DNA of 64,000 nt, taken from Balanoglossus misakiensis (lineage: Eukaryota; Animalia; Hemichordata). Both the position numbers and the translations under genes were made by a program. Below, one piece after another: positions 47,465 to 61,040 of the stretch; the stretch's first letter is position 1; the number at the start of each line of letters is the position of its first letter. Location: NCBI GenBank assembly GCA_040954595.2, contig CM082596.2, positions 5,015,849-5,079,848 of the forward strand. Reading direction: 5' to 3'. Below the pieces are notes generated by a model. That model was not told the origin of the DNA and ran no database searches. It saw only the letters and a program-made list of their open reading frames with translations.

Positions 47465-49712
47465 CTCTGTGCTTCCCCCCCAAGCTGCAAATGGCACATC
47501 TGCTCTGGCAATGGACAGGAGCAGTATACATGTCGATTATGGGGGTGTACCGTATATGCTTGTGTGACTGGATGAACTTTTGGCCAAAATGCAACTTCTG
47601 GCATGAGGAACCTCTGCTGTATATAGCACGCACACATACACCATAGAGTGATCTGATGCATTGACATTATTCTCTGCTAAGGAAGTTGTTGTGGAAGGCT
47701 TATATCAAGATAAGCAACGGCCAATCCCAAATGTAGAAAATATTTAAGGATGTGAAATGCAAAACAGACATTTCAGGAATTGTAGTCTTTCTGTCAATTA
47801 TCAAAGTCATCCCCCAAAAGTATATATTTTCTTGAAGTCCAGTAATAAGGGGACCCCAGTTGTGTACTGTGCACAGCATTTATTTATATGTGTTTAAAAA
47901 AAGACAAAAACTGATAATTTTCTCACCAATGTTTTGTTTCGACCAAACAACTCCAAAACCATGACTATATGAATGATTTTTCACTTTCAATGCCCAACAA
48001 TCATACCCTATACTAGCCATATAAAACTGGTAGTTTTCACTGAAATCACGCCCTGATCTAGTGCCTTCTACAGCAAATAACAACAACAACAACAAAAGCA
48101 TTTCGAGAAAATCCAAGACAATTCCTGAAAAGTCTATTTTGTATGTCACATCTCTCTTAACTTTGTATATTGAATAACGAGTATGATTTCTCCATACTCA
48201 TGATTGTGTTTGCTGCACCCATGCATTTTTTTAAAGTTTTTATGCAAAAGCATTACTTTAAAAGGAAACCTGACTATTTTTCTCAGCAGATGTGTGCTGT
48301 AATTTTTGTGTGCAATGTTATCCTAGTATTTACTATTTTTAATTTTTAAAAGAAGCCAAGGAAACTTAGTAAAGCTTGTTTAGATGTGTATAGACATAAT
48401 GTGCCTCGGTCATTTTTGATGCCAGAAGACAATTTTCACACAGCTTGGTTTCTCCACCTATCGTGTCATTTTGATCAAAACATCTTTATTGCTGATGGTC
48501 AACTGTTCGCATATTTTGTGTTTGCAAATCAGTACCAAAATTATGTTTCTCTGTGGAAATCAAATAGCTGATATACGTAATCGTTAACCAAAACCCCATT
48601 CCCCACCAGTGCATAACTACATCACAGCTTTACAATTTAACATATCGTGGGCAAAACTTTAATTCCATCTCATTGTTCAAACATTTGGAATATTATACAT
48701 ATTTATTTTGACATTCTCTGAATGTTACCAAAGATTTTAGTCAATTAAATCTCTGTCAGATGGAGTTCTGGGATCATGTACTGTTTTGTTTACATCAAAA
48801 GTGTCGGCAGAAGCAAATTCGTGTTTTAAAACGGAACATTTCTGCATTCATATCTTTCATGGTGCTGTTATTTTTTGAGCAACACTAGATAATGTTATCA
48901 AGTGAAGCTCATCGACATAACTAGCTTATAAATTCCGTGCTTATAGTAAAGCAGACTTTGCTTCAACAAAGGTTGCCCTGATTGGTTAGGTTACAATCGT
49001 GCGATATTCATTGTTAAGATATAATATATAATTTATGAGTGGGAAGGACACCCAAATGTGGACATTTGTTAATCATTTACAAACTTGGACATTGCATGTA
49101 TAAATTGTATATAACTCGTGTTGCTGGGGCATTAGTAATGTTTTGTGTAATGTATATATACCAAATTCCTGCTGCTTCCGTAGATTTTTAAACTTGGTGA
49201 TTTTTCAAGCAGTGTTTTCTCGCAAATGCCAATATTCACAGATTTCTGTTGAACCGGACTTCACAAGAATGAAAATATCTCAGTGATTCCTTCGTGGGTG
49301 TTACTGGAGGGGGTCACAGTTATAATTCATGACTTCATGCATGTGTTATGGAGAGGGGGGAGTTTGACACCATTTCGCTAACTGTAGATAGTGTGAACAT
49401 GATGATCCATTTTGTGGCACATTGTTGTATTACCCAGTTGTAAGGGGGCGTGGACAGATGGATAATGATGTATAAGAGAAGGCCTTCTCTAGTATATATT
49501 TAATCTGTCCATTAAATGGGTTTGTGTACAATGTACATGAGAGTTTGAAAGAGAACCTGCAATTAAAATGTTGTCTTTAAAGCCACGTGGTCAGTTTATT
49601 TCCAGAGGTAATACGTTCACACACAGCGATGAACTTGGCCGAAAGGTGCATTCTAACAATGTTTCCTATAGGCCTATTCCATCTGTGAATTTTCAAAATT
49701 TCTTCATTAAAA

Positions 49713-52700
49713 AAATTTTGAAAATTCGCGAAGTCGAAAAATTGAGGTTTCTGTACGATTTTCATGAGCTATAACCCATGGTTTTTATCAAAAAATCACC
49801 AAATTTTGAAAATTCGCGAAGTCGAAAAATTGAGGTTTCTGTACGATTTTCATGAGCTATAACCCATGGTTTTTATCGAAAAATCACCAAATTTTGAAAA
49901 TTCGCGAAGTCGAAAAATTGAGGTTTCTGGACGATTTTCATGAGCTATAACCCATGGTTTTTATCGAAAAATCACCAAATTTTGAAAATTCGCGAAGTCG
50001 AAAAATTGAGGTTTCTGGACGATTTTCATGAGCTATAACCCATGGTTTTTATCGAAAAATCACCAAATTTTGAAAATTCGCGAAGTCGAAAAATTGAGGT
50101 TTCTGGACGATTTTCATGAGCTATAACCCATGGTTTTTATCGAAAAATCACCAAATTTTGAAAATTGGCGAAGTCGAAAAATTGAGGTTTCTGGACGATT
50201 TTCATGAGCTATAACCCATGGTTTTTATCGAAAAATCACCAAATTTTGAAAATTGGCGAAGTCGAAAAATTGAGGTTTCTGGACGATTTTCATGAGCTAT
50301 AACCCATGGTTTTTATCGAAAAATCACCAAATTTTGAAAATTGGCGAAGTCGAAAAATTGAGGTTTCTGGACGATTTTCATGAGCTATAACCCATGGTTT
50401 TTATCGAAAAATCACCAAATTTTGACAATTCGCGAAGTCGAAAAATTGAGGTTTCTGGACGATTTTCATGAGCTATAACCCATGGTTTTTGTCAAAAAAT
50501 CACCAAATTTTGAAAATTCGCGAAGTCGAAAAATTGAGGTTTCTGGACGATTTTCCTGAGCTATAACCCATGGTTTTTTCAAAAAATGACCAAATTTTCA
50601 AAATTCCCAAAGTCGAAAAATCTTCGATTTTTGACGATTTTCCTGAGCTATAACCCATGGTTTTTTCAAAAAATGACCAAATTTTCAAAATTCCCAAAGT
50701 CGAAAAATCTTCGATTTTTGACGATTTTCCTGAGCTATAACCCATGGTTTTTTCAAAAAATGACCAAATTTTCAAAATTCGCAAAGTCGAAAAATCTTCG
50801 ATTTTTGACGATTTTCCTGAGCTATAACCCATGGTTTTTTCAAAAAATGACCAAATTTTCAAAATTCGCAAAGTCGAAAAATCTTCGATTTTTGACGATT
50901 TTCCTGAGCTATAACCCATGGTTTTTTCAAAAAATGACCAAATTTTCAAAATTCGCAAAGTCGAAAAATCTTCGATTTTTGACGATTTTCCTGAGCTATA
51001 ACCCATGGTTTTTTCAAAAAATGACCAAATTTTCAAAATTCCCAAAGTCGAAAAATCTTCGATTTTTGACGATTTTCCTGAGCTATAACCCATGGTTTTT
51101 TCAAAAAATGACAAAATTTTCAAAATTCCCAAAGTCGAAAAATCTTCGATTTTTGACGATTTTCCTGAGCTATAACCCATGGTTTTTATCAAAAAATCAC
51201 AAAATTTTGAAAATTCGCGAAGTCGAAAAATTGAGGTTTCTGTACGATTTTCATGAGCTATAACCCATGGTTTTTATCGAAAAATCACCAAATTTTGAAA
51301 ATTCGCGAAGTCGAAAAATTGAGGTTTCTGGACGATTTTCATGAGCTATAACCCATGGTTTTTATCGAAAAATCACCAAATTTTGAAAATTCGCGAAGTC
51401 GAAAAATTGAGGTTTCTGGACGATTTTCATGAGCTATAACCCATGGTTTTTATCGAAAAATCACCAAATTTTGAAAATTCGCGAAGTCGAAAAATTGAGG
51501 TTTCTGGACGATTTTCATGAGCTATAACCCATGGTTTTTATCGAAAAATCACCAAATTTTGAAAATTGGCGAAGTCGAAAAATTGAGGTTTCTGGACGAT
51601 TTTCATGAGCTATAACCCATGGTTTTTATCGAAAAATCACCAAATTTTGAAAATTGGCGAAGTCGAAAAATTGAGGTTTCTGGACGATTTTCATGAGCTA
51701 TAACCCATGGTTTTTATCGAAAAATCACCAAATTTTGAAAATTCGCGAAGTCGAAAAATTGAGGTTTCTGGACGATTTTCATGAGCTATAACCCATGGTT
51801 TTTATCGAAAAATCACCAAATTTTGAAAATTGGCGAAGTCGAAAAATTGAGGTTTCTGGACGATTTTCATGAGCTATAACCCATGGTTTTTATCGAAAAA
51901 TCACCAAATTTTGACAATTCGCGAAGTCGAAAAATTGAGGTTTCTGGACGATTTTCATGAGCTATAACCCATGGTTTTTGTCAAAAAATCACCAAATTTT
52001 GAAAATTCGCGAAGTCGAAAAATTGAGGTTTCTGGACGATTTTCATGAGCTATAACCCATGGTTTTTATCGAAAAATCACCAAATTTTGACAATTCGCGA
52101 AGTCGAAAAATTGAGGTTTCTGGACGATTTTCATGAGCTATAACCCATGGTTTTTGTCAAAAAATCACCAAATTTTGAAAATTCGCGAAGTCGAAAAATT
52201 GAGGTTTCTGGACGATTTTCCTGAGCTATAACCCATGGTTTTTTCAAAAAATGACCAAATTTTCAAAATTCCCAAAGTCGAAAAATCTTCGATTTTTGAC
52301 GATTTTCCTGAGCTATAACCCATGGTTTTTTCAAAAAATGACCAAATTTTCAAAATTCCCAAAGTCGAAAAATCTTCGATTTTTGACGATTTTCCTGAGC
52401 TATAACCCATGGTTTTTTCAAAAAATGACCAAATTTTCAAAATTCGCAAAGTCGAAAAATCTTCGATTTTTGACGATTTTCCTGAGCTATAACCCATGGT
52501 TTTTTCAAAAAATGACCAAATTTTCAAAATTCGCAAAGTCGAAAAATCTTCGATTTTTGACGATTTTCCTGAGCTATAACCCATGGTTTTTTCAAAAAAT
52601 GACCAAATTTTCAAAATTCCCAAAGTCGAAAAATCTTCGATTTTTGACGATTTTCCTGAGCTATAACCCATGGTTTTTTCAAAAAATGACCAAATTTTCA

Positions 52701-55700
52701 AAATTCGCAAAGTCGAAAAATCTTCGATTTTTGACGATTTTCCTGAGCTATAACCCATGGTTTTTTCAAAAAATGACCAAATTTTCAAAATTCGCAAAGT
52801 CGAAAAATCTTCGATTTTTGACGATTTTCCTGAGCTATAACCCATGGTTTTTTCAAAAAATGACCAAATTTTCAAAATTCGCAAAGTCGAAAAATCTTCG
52901 ATTTTTGACGATTTTCCTGAGCTATAACCCATGGTTTTTTCAAAAAATGACCAAATTTTCAAAATTCCCAAAGTCGAAAAATCTTCGATTTTTGACGATT
53001 TTCCTGAGCTATAACCCATGGTTTTTTGAAAAAATGACCAAATTTTCAAAATTCCCAAAGTCGAAAAATCTTCGATTTTTGACGATTTTCCTGAGCTATA
53101 ACCCATGTTTTTTTCAAAAAATGACAAAATTTTCAAAATTCCCAAAGTCGAAAAATCTTCGATTTTTGACGATTTTCCTGAGCTATAACCCATGGTTTTT
53201 ATCAAAAAATCACCAAATTTTGAAAATTCGCGAAGTCGAAAAATTGACGTTTCTGGACGATTTTCATGAGCTATAACCCATGGTTTTTATCGAAAAATCA
53301 CCAAATTTTGAAAATTCGCGAAGTCGAAAAATTGAGGTTTCTGGACGATTTTCATGAGCTATAACCCATGGTTTTTATCGAAAAATCACCAAATTTTGAA
53401 AATTCGCGAAGTCGAAAAATTGAGGTTTCTGTACGATTTTCATGAGCTATAACCCATGGTTTTTATCAAAAAATCACCAAATTTTGAAAATTCGCGAAGT
53501 CGAAAAATTGAGGTTTCTGGACGATTTTCATGAGCTATAACCCATGGTTTTTATCGAAAAATCACCAAATTTTGAAAATTCGCGAAGTCGAAAAATTGAG
53601 GTTTCTGGACGATTTTCATGAGCTATAACCCATGGTTTTTATCGAAAAATCACCAAATTTTGAAAATTCGCGAAGTCGAAAAATTGAGGTTTCTGGACGA
53701 TTTTCATGAGCTATAACCCATGGTTTTTATCGAAAAATCACCAAATTTTGAAAATTCGCGAAGTCGAAAAATTGAGATTTCTGGACGATTTTCATGATCT
53801 ATAACCCATGGTTTTTATCGAAAAATCACCAAATTTTGAAAATTCGCGAAGTCGAAAAATTGAGGTTTCTGGACGATTTTCATGAGCTATAACCCATGGT
53901 TTTTATCGAAAAATCACCAAATTTTGAAAATTCGCGAAGTCGAAAAATTGAGGTTTCTGGACGATTTTCATGAGCTATAACCCATGGTTTTTATCGAAAA
54001 ATCACCAAATTTTGAAAATTCGCGAAGTCGAAAAATTGAGGTTTCTGGACGATTTTCATGAGCTATAACCCATGGTTTTTATCGAAAAATCACCAAATTT
54101 TGAAAATTCGCGAAGTCGAAAAATTGAGGTTTCTGTACGATTTTCATGAGCTATAACCCATGGTTTTTATCAAAAAATCACCAAATTTTGAAAATTCGCG
54201 AAGTCGAAAAATTGACGTTTCTGGACGATTTTCATGAGCTATAACCCATGGTTTTTATCGAAAAATCACCAAATTTTGAAAATTCGCGAAGTCGAAAAAT
54301 TGAGGTTTCTGGACGATTTTCATGAGCTATAACCCATGGTTTTTATCGAAAAATCACCAAATTTTGAAAATTCGCGAAGTAGAAAAATTGAGGTTTCTGG
54401 ACGATTTTCATGAGCTATAACCCATGGTTTTTATCGAAAAATCACCAAATTTTGAAAATTCGCGAAGTCGAAAAATTGAGGTTTCTGGACGATTTTCATG
54501 AGCTATAACCCATGGTTTTTATCGAAAAATCACCAAATTTTGAAAATTCGCGAAGTCGAAAAATTGAGGTTTCTGGACGATTTTCATGAGCTATAACCCA
54601 TGGTTTTTATCGAAAAATCACCAAATTTTGAAAATTGGCGAAGTCGAAAAATTTAGGTTTCTGGACGATTTTCATGAGCTATAACCCATGGTTTTTATCG
54701 AAAAATCACCAAATTTTGAAAATTCGCGAAGTCGAAAAATTGAGGTTTCTGGACGATTTTCATGAGCTATAACCCATGGTTTTTATCGAAAAATCACCAA
54801 ATTTTGAAAATTCGCGAAGTAGAAAAATTGAGGTTTCTGGACGATTTTCATGAGCTATAACCCATGGTTTTTATCGAAAAATCACCAAATTTTGAAAATT
54901 CGCGAAGTCGAAAAATTGAGGTTTCTGGACGATTTTCATGAGCTATAACCCATGGTTTTTATCGAAAAATCACCAAATTTTGAAAATTGGCGAAGTCGAA
55001 AAATTGAGGTTTCTGGACGATTTTCATGAGCTATAACCAATGGTTTTTATCGAAAAATCACCAAATTTTGAAAATTCGCGAAGTCGAAAAATTGAGGTTT
55101 CTGGACGATTTTCATGAGCTATAACCCATGGTTTTTATCGGAAAATCACCAAATTTTGAAAATTGGCGAAGTCGAAAAATTTAGGTTTCTGGACGATTTT
55201 CATGAGCTATAACCCATGGTTTTTATCGAAAAATCACCAAATTTTGAAAATTCGCGAAGTCGAAAAATTGCGGTTTCTGGACGATTTTCATGAGCTATAA
55301 CCCATGGTTTTTATCGAAAAATCACCAAATTTTGAAAATTCGCGAAGTCGAAAAATTGAGGTTTCTGGACGATTTTCATGAGCTATAACCCATGGTTTTT
55401 ATCGAAAAATCACCAAATTTTGACAATTCGCGAAGTCGAAAAATTGAGGTTTCTGGACGATTTTCATGAGCTATAACCCATGGTTTTTATCGAAAAATCA
55501 CCAAATTTTGAAAATTCGCGAAGTCGAAAAATTGAGGTTTCTGGACGATTTTCATGAGCTATAACCCATGGTTTTTATCGAAAAATCACCAAATTTTGAA
55601 AATTCGCGAAGTCGAAAAATTGAGGTTTCTGGACGATTTTCATGAGCTATAACCCATGGTTTTTATCGAAAAATCACCAAATTTTGACAATTCGCGAAGT

Positions 55701-58700
55701 CGAAAAATTGAGGTTTCTGGACGATTTTCATGAGCTATAACCCATGGTTTTTATCGAAAAATCACCAAATTTTGAAAATTCGCGAAGTCGAAAAATTGAG
55801 GTTTCTGGACGATTTTCATGAGCTATAACCCATGGTTTTTATCGAAAAATCACCAAATTTTGAAAATTCGCGAAGTCGAAAAATTGAGGTTTCTGGACGA
55901 TTTTCATGAGCTATAACCCATGGTTTTTATCGAAAAATCACCAAATTTTGAAAATTCGCGAAGTCGAAAAATTGAGGTTTCTGGTCGATTTTCATGAGCT
56001 ATAACCCATGGTTTTTATCGAAAAATCACCAAATTTTGAAAATTCGCGAAGTCGAAAAATTGAGGTTTCTGGACGATTTTCATGAGCTATAACCCATGGT
56101 TTTTATCGAAAAATCACCAAATTTTGAAAATTCGCGAAGTCGAAAAATTGAGGTTTCTGGACGATTTTCATCAGCTATAACCCATGGTTTTTATCGAAAA
56201 ATCACCAAATTTTGAAAATTGGCGAAGTCGAAAAATTGAGGTTTCTGGACGATTTTCATGAGCTATAACCCATGGTTTTTATCGAAAAATCACCAAATTT
56301 TGAAAATTCGCGAAGTCGAAAAATTGAGGTTTCTGGACGATTTTCATGAGCTATAACCCATGGTTTTTATCGAAAAATCACCAAATTTTGAAAATTCGCG
56401 AAGTCGAAAAATTGAGGTTTCTGGACGATTTTCATGAGCTATAACCCATGGTTTTTATCGAAAAATCACCAAATTTTGAAAATTGGAGAAGTCGAAAAAT
56501 TGAAGTTTCTGGACGATTTTCATGAGCTATAACCCATGGTTTTTATCGAAAAATCACCAAATTTTGAAAATTCGCGAAGTCGAAAAATTGAGGTTTCTGG
56601 ACGATTTTCATGAGCTATAACCCATGGTTTTTATCGAAAAATCACCAAATTTTGAAAATTGGCGAAGTCGAAAAATTGAGGTTTCTGGACGATTTTCATG
56701 AGCTATAACCAATGGTTTTTATCGAAAAATCACCAAATTTTTAAAATTGGCGAAGTCGAAAAATTGAGGTTTCTGGACGATTTTCATGAGCTATAACCCA
56801 TGGTTTTTATCGAAAAATCACCAAATTTTGAAAATTCGCGAAGTCGAAAAATTGAGGTTTCTGGACGATTTTCATGAGCTATAACCCATGGTTTTTATCG
56901 AAAAATCACCAAATTTTGAAAATTCGCGAAGTCGAAAAATTGCGGTTTCTGGACGATTTTCATGAGCTATAACCCATGGTTTTTATCGAAAAATCACCAA
57001 ATTTTGAAAATTCGCGAAGTCGAAAAATTGAGGTTTCTGGACGATTTTCATGAGCTATAACCCATGGTTTTTATCGAAAAATCACCAAATTTTGAAAATT
57101 GGCGAAGTCGAAAAATTGAGGTTTCTGGACGATTTTCATGAGCTATAACCCATGGTTTTTATCGAAAAATCACCAAATTTTGAAAATTCGCGAAGTCGAA
57201 AAATTGAGGTTTCTGGACGATTTTCATGAGCTATAACCCATGGTTTTTATCGAAAAATCACCAAATTTTGAAAATTCGCGAAGTCGAAAAATTGAGGTTT
57301 CTGGACGATTTTCATGAGCTATAACCCATGGTTTTTATCGAAAAATCACCAAATTTTGAAAATTCGCGAAGTCGAAAAATTGAGGTTTCTGGACGATTTT
57401 CATGAGCTATAACCCATGGTTTTTATCGAAAAATCACCAAATTTTGAAAATTCGCGAAGTCGAAAAATTGAGGTTTCTGGACGATTTTCATGAGCTATAA
57501 CCCATGGTTTTTATCGAAAAATCACCAAATTTTGAAAATTCGCGAAGTCGAAAAATTGAGGTTTCTGGACGATTTTCATGAGCTATAACCCATGGTTTTT
57601 ATCGAAAAATCACCAAATTTTGAAAATTCGCGAAGTCGAAAAATTGAGGTTTCTGGACGATTTTCATGAGCTATAACCCATGGTTTTTATCGAAAAATCA
57701 CCAAATTTTGAAAATTCGCGAAGTCGAAAAATTGAGGTTTCTGGACGATTTTCCTGAGCTATAACCCATGGTTTTTTCAAAAAAAAGGACCAAATTTTCA
57801 AAATTCGCAAAGTCGAAAAATCTTCGATTTTTGACGATTTTCCTGAGCTATAACCCATGGTTTTTTCAAAAAATGACCAAATTTTCAAAATTCGCAAAGT
57901 CGAAAAATCTTCGATTTTTGACGATTTTCCTGAGCTATAACCCATGGTTTTTTCAAAAAATGACCAAATTTTCAAAATTCGCAAAGTCGAAAAATCTTCG
58001 ATTTTTGACGATTTTCCTGAGCTATAACCCATGGTTTTTTCAAAAAATGAGCAAATTTTCAAAATTCGCAAAGTCGGAAAATCTTCGATTTTTGACGATT
58101 TTCCAGAGCTATAACCCATGGTTTTTTTCAAAAAATGACCAAATTTTCAAAATTCCCAAAGTCGAAAAATCTTCGATTTTTGACGATTTTCCTGAGCTAT
58201 AACCCATGGTTTTTTTCAAAAAATGACCAAATTTTCAAAATTCCCAAAGTCGAAAAATCTTCGATTTTTGACGATTTTCCTGAGCTATAACCCATGGTTT
58301 TTTCAAAAAATGACCAAATTTTCAAAATTCCCAAAGTCGAAAAATCTTCGATTTTTGACGATTTTCCTGAGCTATAACCCATGGTTTTTTCAAAAAATGA
58401 CCAAATTTTCAAAATTCGCAAAGTCGACAAATCTTCGATTTTTGACGATTTTCCTGAGCTATAACCCATGGTTTTTTCAAAAAATGACCAAATTTTCAAA
58501 ATACCCAAAGTCGACAAATCTTCGATTTTTGACGATTTTCCTGAGCTATAACCCATGGTTTTTTGAAAAAATGACCAAATTTTCAAAATTCCCAAAGTCG
58601 AAAAATCTTCGACTTTTGACGATTTTCCTGAGCTATAACCCATGGTTTTTTCAAAAAATGACCAAATTTTCAAAATTCCCAAAGTTGAAAAATCTTCGAT

Positions 58701-61040
58701 TTTTGACGATTTTCCTGAGCTATAACCCATGGTTTTTTCAAAAAATGACCAAATTTTCAAAATTCCCAAAGTCGAAAAATCTTCGATTTTTGACGATTTT
58801 CCTGAGCTATAACCCATGGTTTTTATCGAAAAATCACCAAATTTTGACAATTCGCGAAGTCGAAAAATTTAGGTTTCTGGACGATTTTCATGAGCTATAA
58901 CCCATGGTTTTTATCAAAACTCACCAAATTTTGACAATTCGCGAAGTCGAAAAATTTAGGTTTCTGGACGATTTTCATGAGCTATAACCCATGGTTTTTA
59001 TCAAAACTCACCAAATTTTGAAAATTCGCGAAGTCGAAAAATTGAGGTTTCTGGACGATTTTCATGAGCTATAACCCATGGTTTTTGTCAAAAAATCACC
59101 AAATTTTGAAAATTCGCGAAGTCGAAAAATTGAGGTTTCTGGACGATTTTCCTGAGCTATAACCCATGGTTTTTTCAAAAAAAAGGACCAAATTTTCAAA
59201 ATTCGCAAAGTCGAAAAATCTTCGATTTTTGACGATTTTCCTGAGCTATAACCCATGGTTTTTTCAAAAAATGACCAAATTTTCAAAATTCGCAAAGTCG
59301 AAAAATCTTCGATTTTTGACGATTTTCCTGAGCTATAACCCATGGTTTTTTCAAAAAATGACCAAATTTTCAAAATTCGCAAAGTCGAAAAATCTTCGAT
59401 TTTTGACGATTTTCCTGAGCTATAACCCATGGTTTTTTCAAAAAATGAGCAAATTTTCAAAATTCGCAAAGTCGGAAAATCTTCGATTTTTGACGATTTT
59501 CCTGAGCTATAACCCATGGTTTTTTTCAAAAAATGACCAAATTTTCAAAATTCCCAAAGTCGAAAAATCTTCGATTTTTGACGATTTTCCTGAGCTATAA
59601 CCCATGGTTTTTTTCAAAAAATGACCAAATTTTCAAAATTCCCAAAGTCGAAAAATCTTCGATTTTTGACGATTTTCCTGAGCTATAACCCATGGTTTTT
59701 TCAAAAAATGACCAAATTTTCAAAATTCCCAAAGTCGAAAAATCTTCGATTTTTGACGATTTTCCTGAGCTATAACCCATGGTTTTTTCAAAAAATGACC
59801 AAATTTTCAAAATTCGCAAAGTCGAAAAATCTTCGATTTTTGACGATTTTCCTGAGCTATAACCCATGGTTTTTTCAAAAAATGACCAAATTTTCAAAAT
59901 ACCCAAAGTCGACAAATCTTCGATTTTTGACGATTTTCCTGAGCTATAACCCATGGTTTTTTGAAAAAATGACCAAATTTTCAAAATTCCCAAAGTCGAA
60001 AAATCTTCGACTTTTGACGATTTTCCTGAGCTATAACCCATGGTTTTTTCAAAAAATGACCAAATTTTCAAAATTCGCAAAGTCGAAAAATCTTCGATTT
60101 TTGACGATTTTCCTGAGCTATAACCCATGGTTTTTTCAAAAAATGACCAAATTTTCAAAATTCGCAAAGTCGAAAAATCTTCGATTTTTGACGATTTTCC
60201 TGAGCTATAACCCATGGTTTTTTCAAAAAATGAGCAAATTTGCAAAATTCGCAAAGTCGGAAAATCTTCGATTTTTGACGATTTTCCTGAGCTATAACCC
60301 ATGGTTTTTTTCAAAAAATGACCATATTTTCAAAATTCCCAAAGTCGAAAAATCTTCGATTTTTGACGATTTTCCTGAGCTATAACCCATGGTTTTTTTC
60401 AAAAAATGACCAAATTTTCAAAATTCCCAAAGTCGAAAAATCTTCGATTTTTGACGATTTTCCTGAGCTATAACCCATGGTTTTTTCAAAAAATGACCAA
60501 ATTTTCAAAATTCCCAAAGTTGAAAAATCTTCGATTTTTGACGATTTTCCTGAGCTATAACCCATGGTTTTTTCAAAAAATGACCAAATTTTCAAAATTC
60601 CCAAAGTCGAAAAATCTTCGATTTTTGACGATTTTCCTGAGCTATAACCCATGGTTTTTTTCAAAAAAAGACCAAATTTTCAAAATTCCCAAAGTCGAAA
60701 AATCTTCGATTTTTGACGATTTTCCTGAGCTATAACCCATGGTTTTTTTCAAAAAATGACCAAATTTTCAAATTTCCCAAAGTCGAAAAATCTTCGATTT
60801 TTGACGATTTTCCTGAGCTATAACCCATGGTTTTTTTCAAAAAATGACCAAATTTTCAAAATTCCCAAAGTAAAAAAATCTTCGATTTTTAACGATTTTC
60901 CTGAGCTATAACCCATGGTTTTTTTCAAAAAATGACCAAATTTTCAAAATTCCCAAAGTCGAAAAATCTTCGATTTTTGACGATTTTCCTGAGCTATAAC
61001 CCATGGTTTTTTCAAAAAATGACCAAATTTTCAAAATTCG
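49713..61040 (+). repeat. Satellite array, forward arm: alternating blocks of an 88-bp subfamily (A) and an 87-bp subfamily (B)
   Basis: A = aaattttgaaaattcgcgaagtcgaaaaattgaggtttctggacgattttcatgagctataacccatggtttttatcgaaaaatcacc (period 49801 to 49889). B = aaattttcaaaattc(c/g)caaagtcgaaaaatcttcgatttttgacgattttcctgagctataacccatggttttttcaaaaaatgacc (29-codon period in the ORF track). Approximate blocks: A 49713-50570, B to 51185, A to 52240, B to 53200, A to 57770, B to 58820, A to 59170, B to 61040. Confidence 0.97.

Noticed and set aside
46876-47667. 263-aa and 201-aa minus-strand ORFs
   Set aside because: They are antisense shadows of the GC-rich last TRAK exon.
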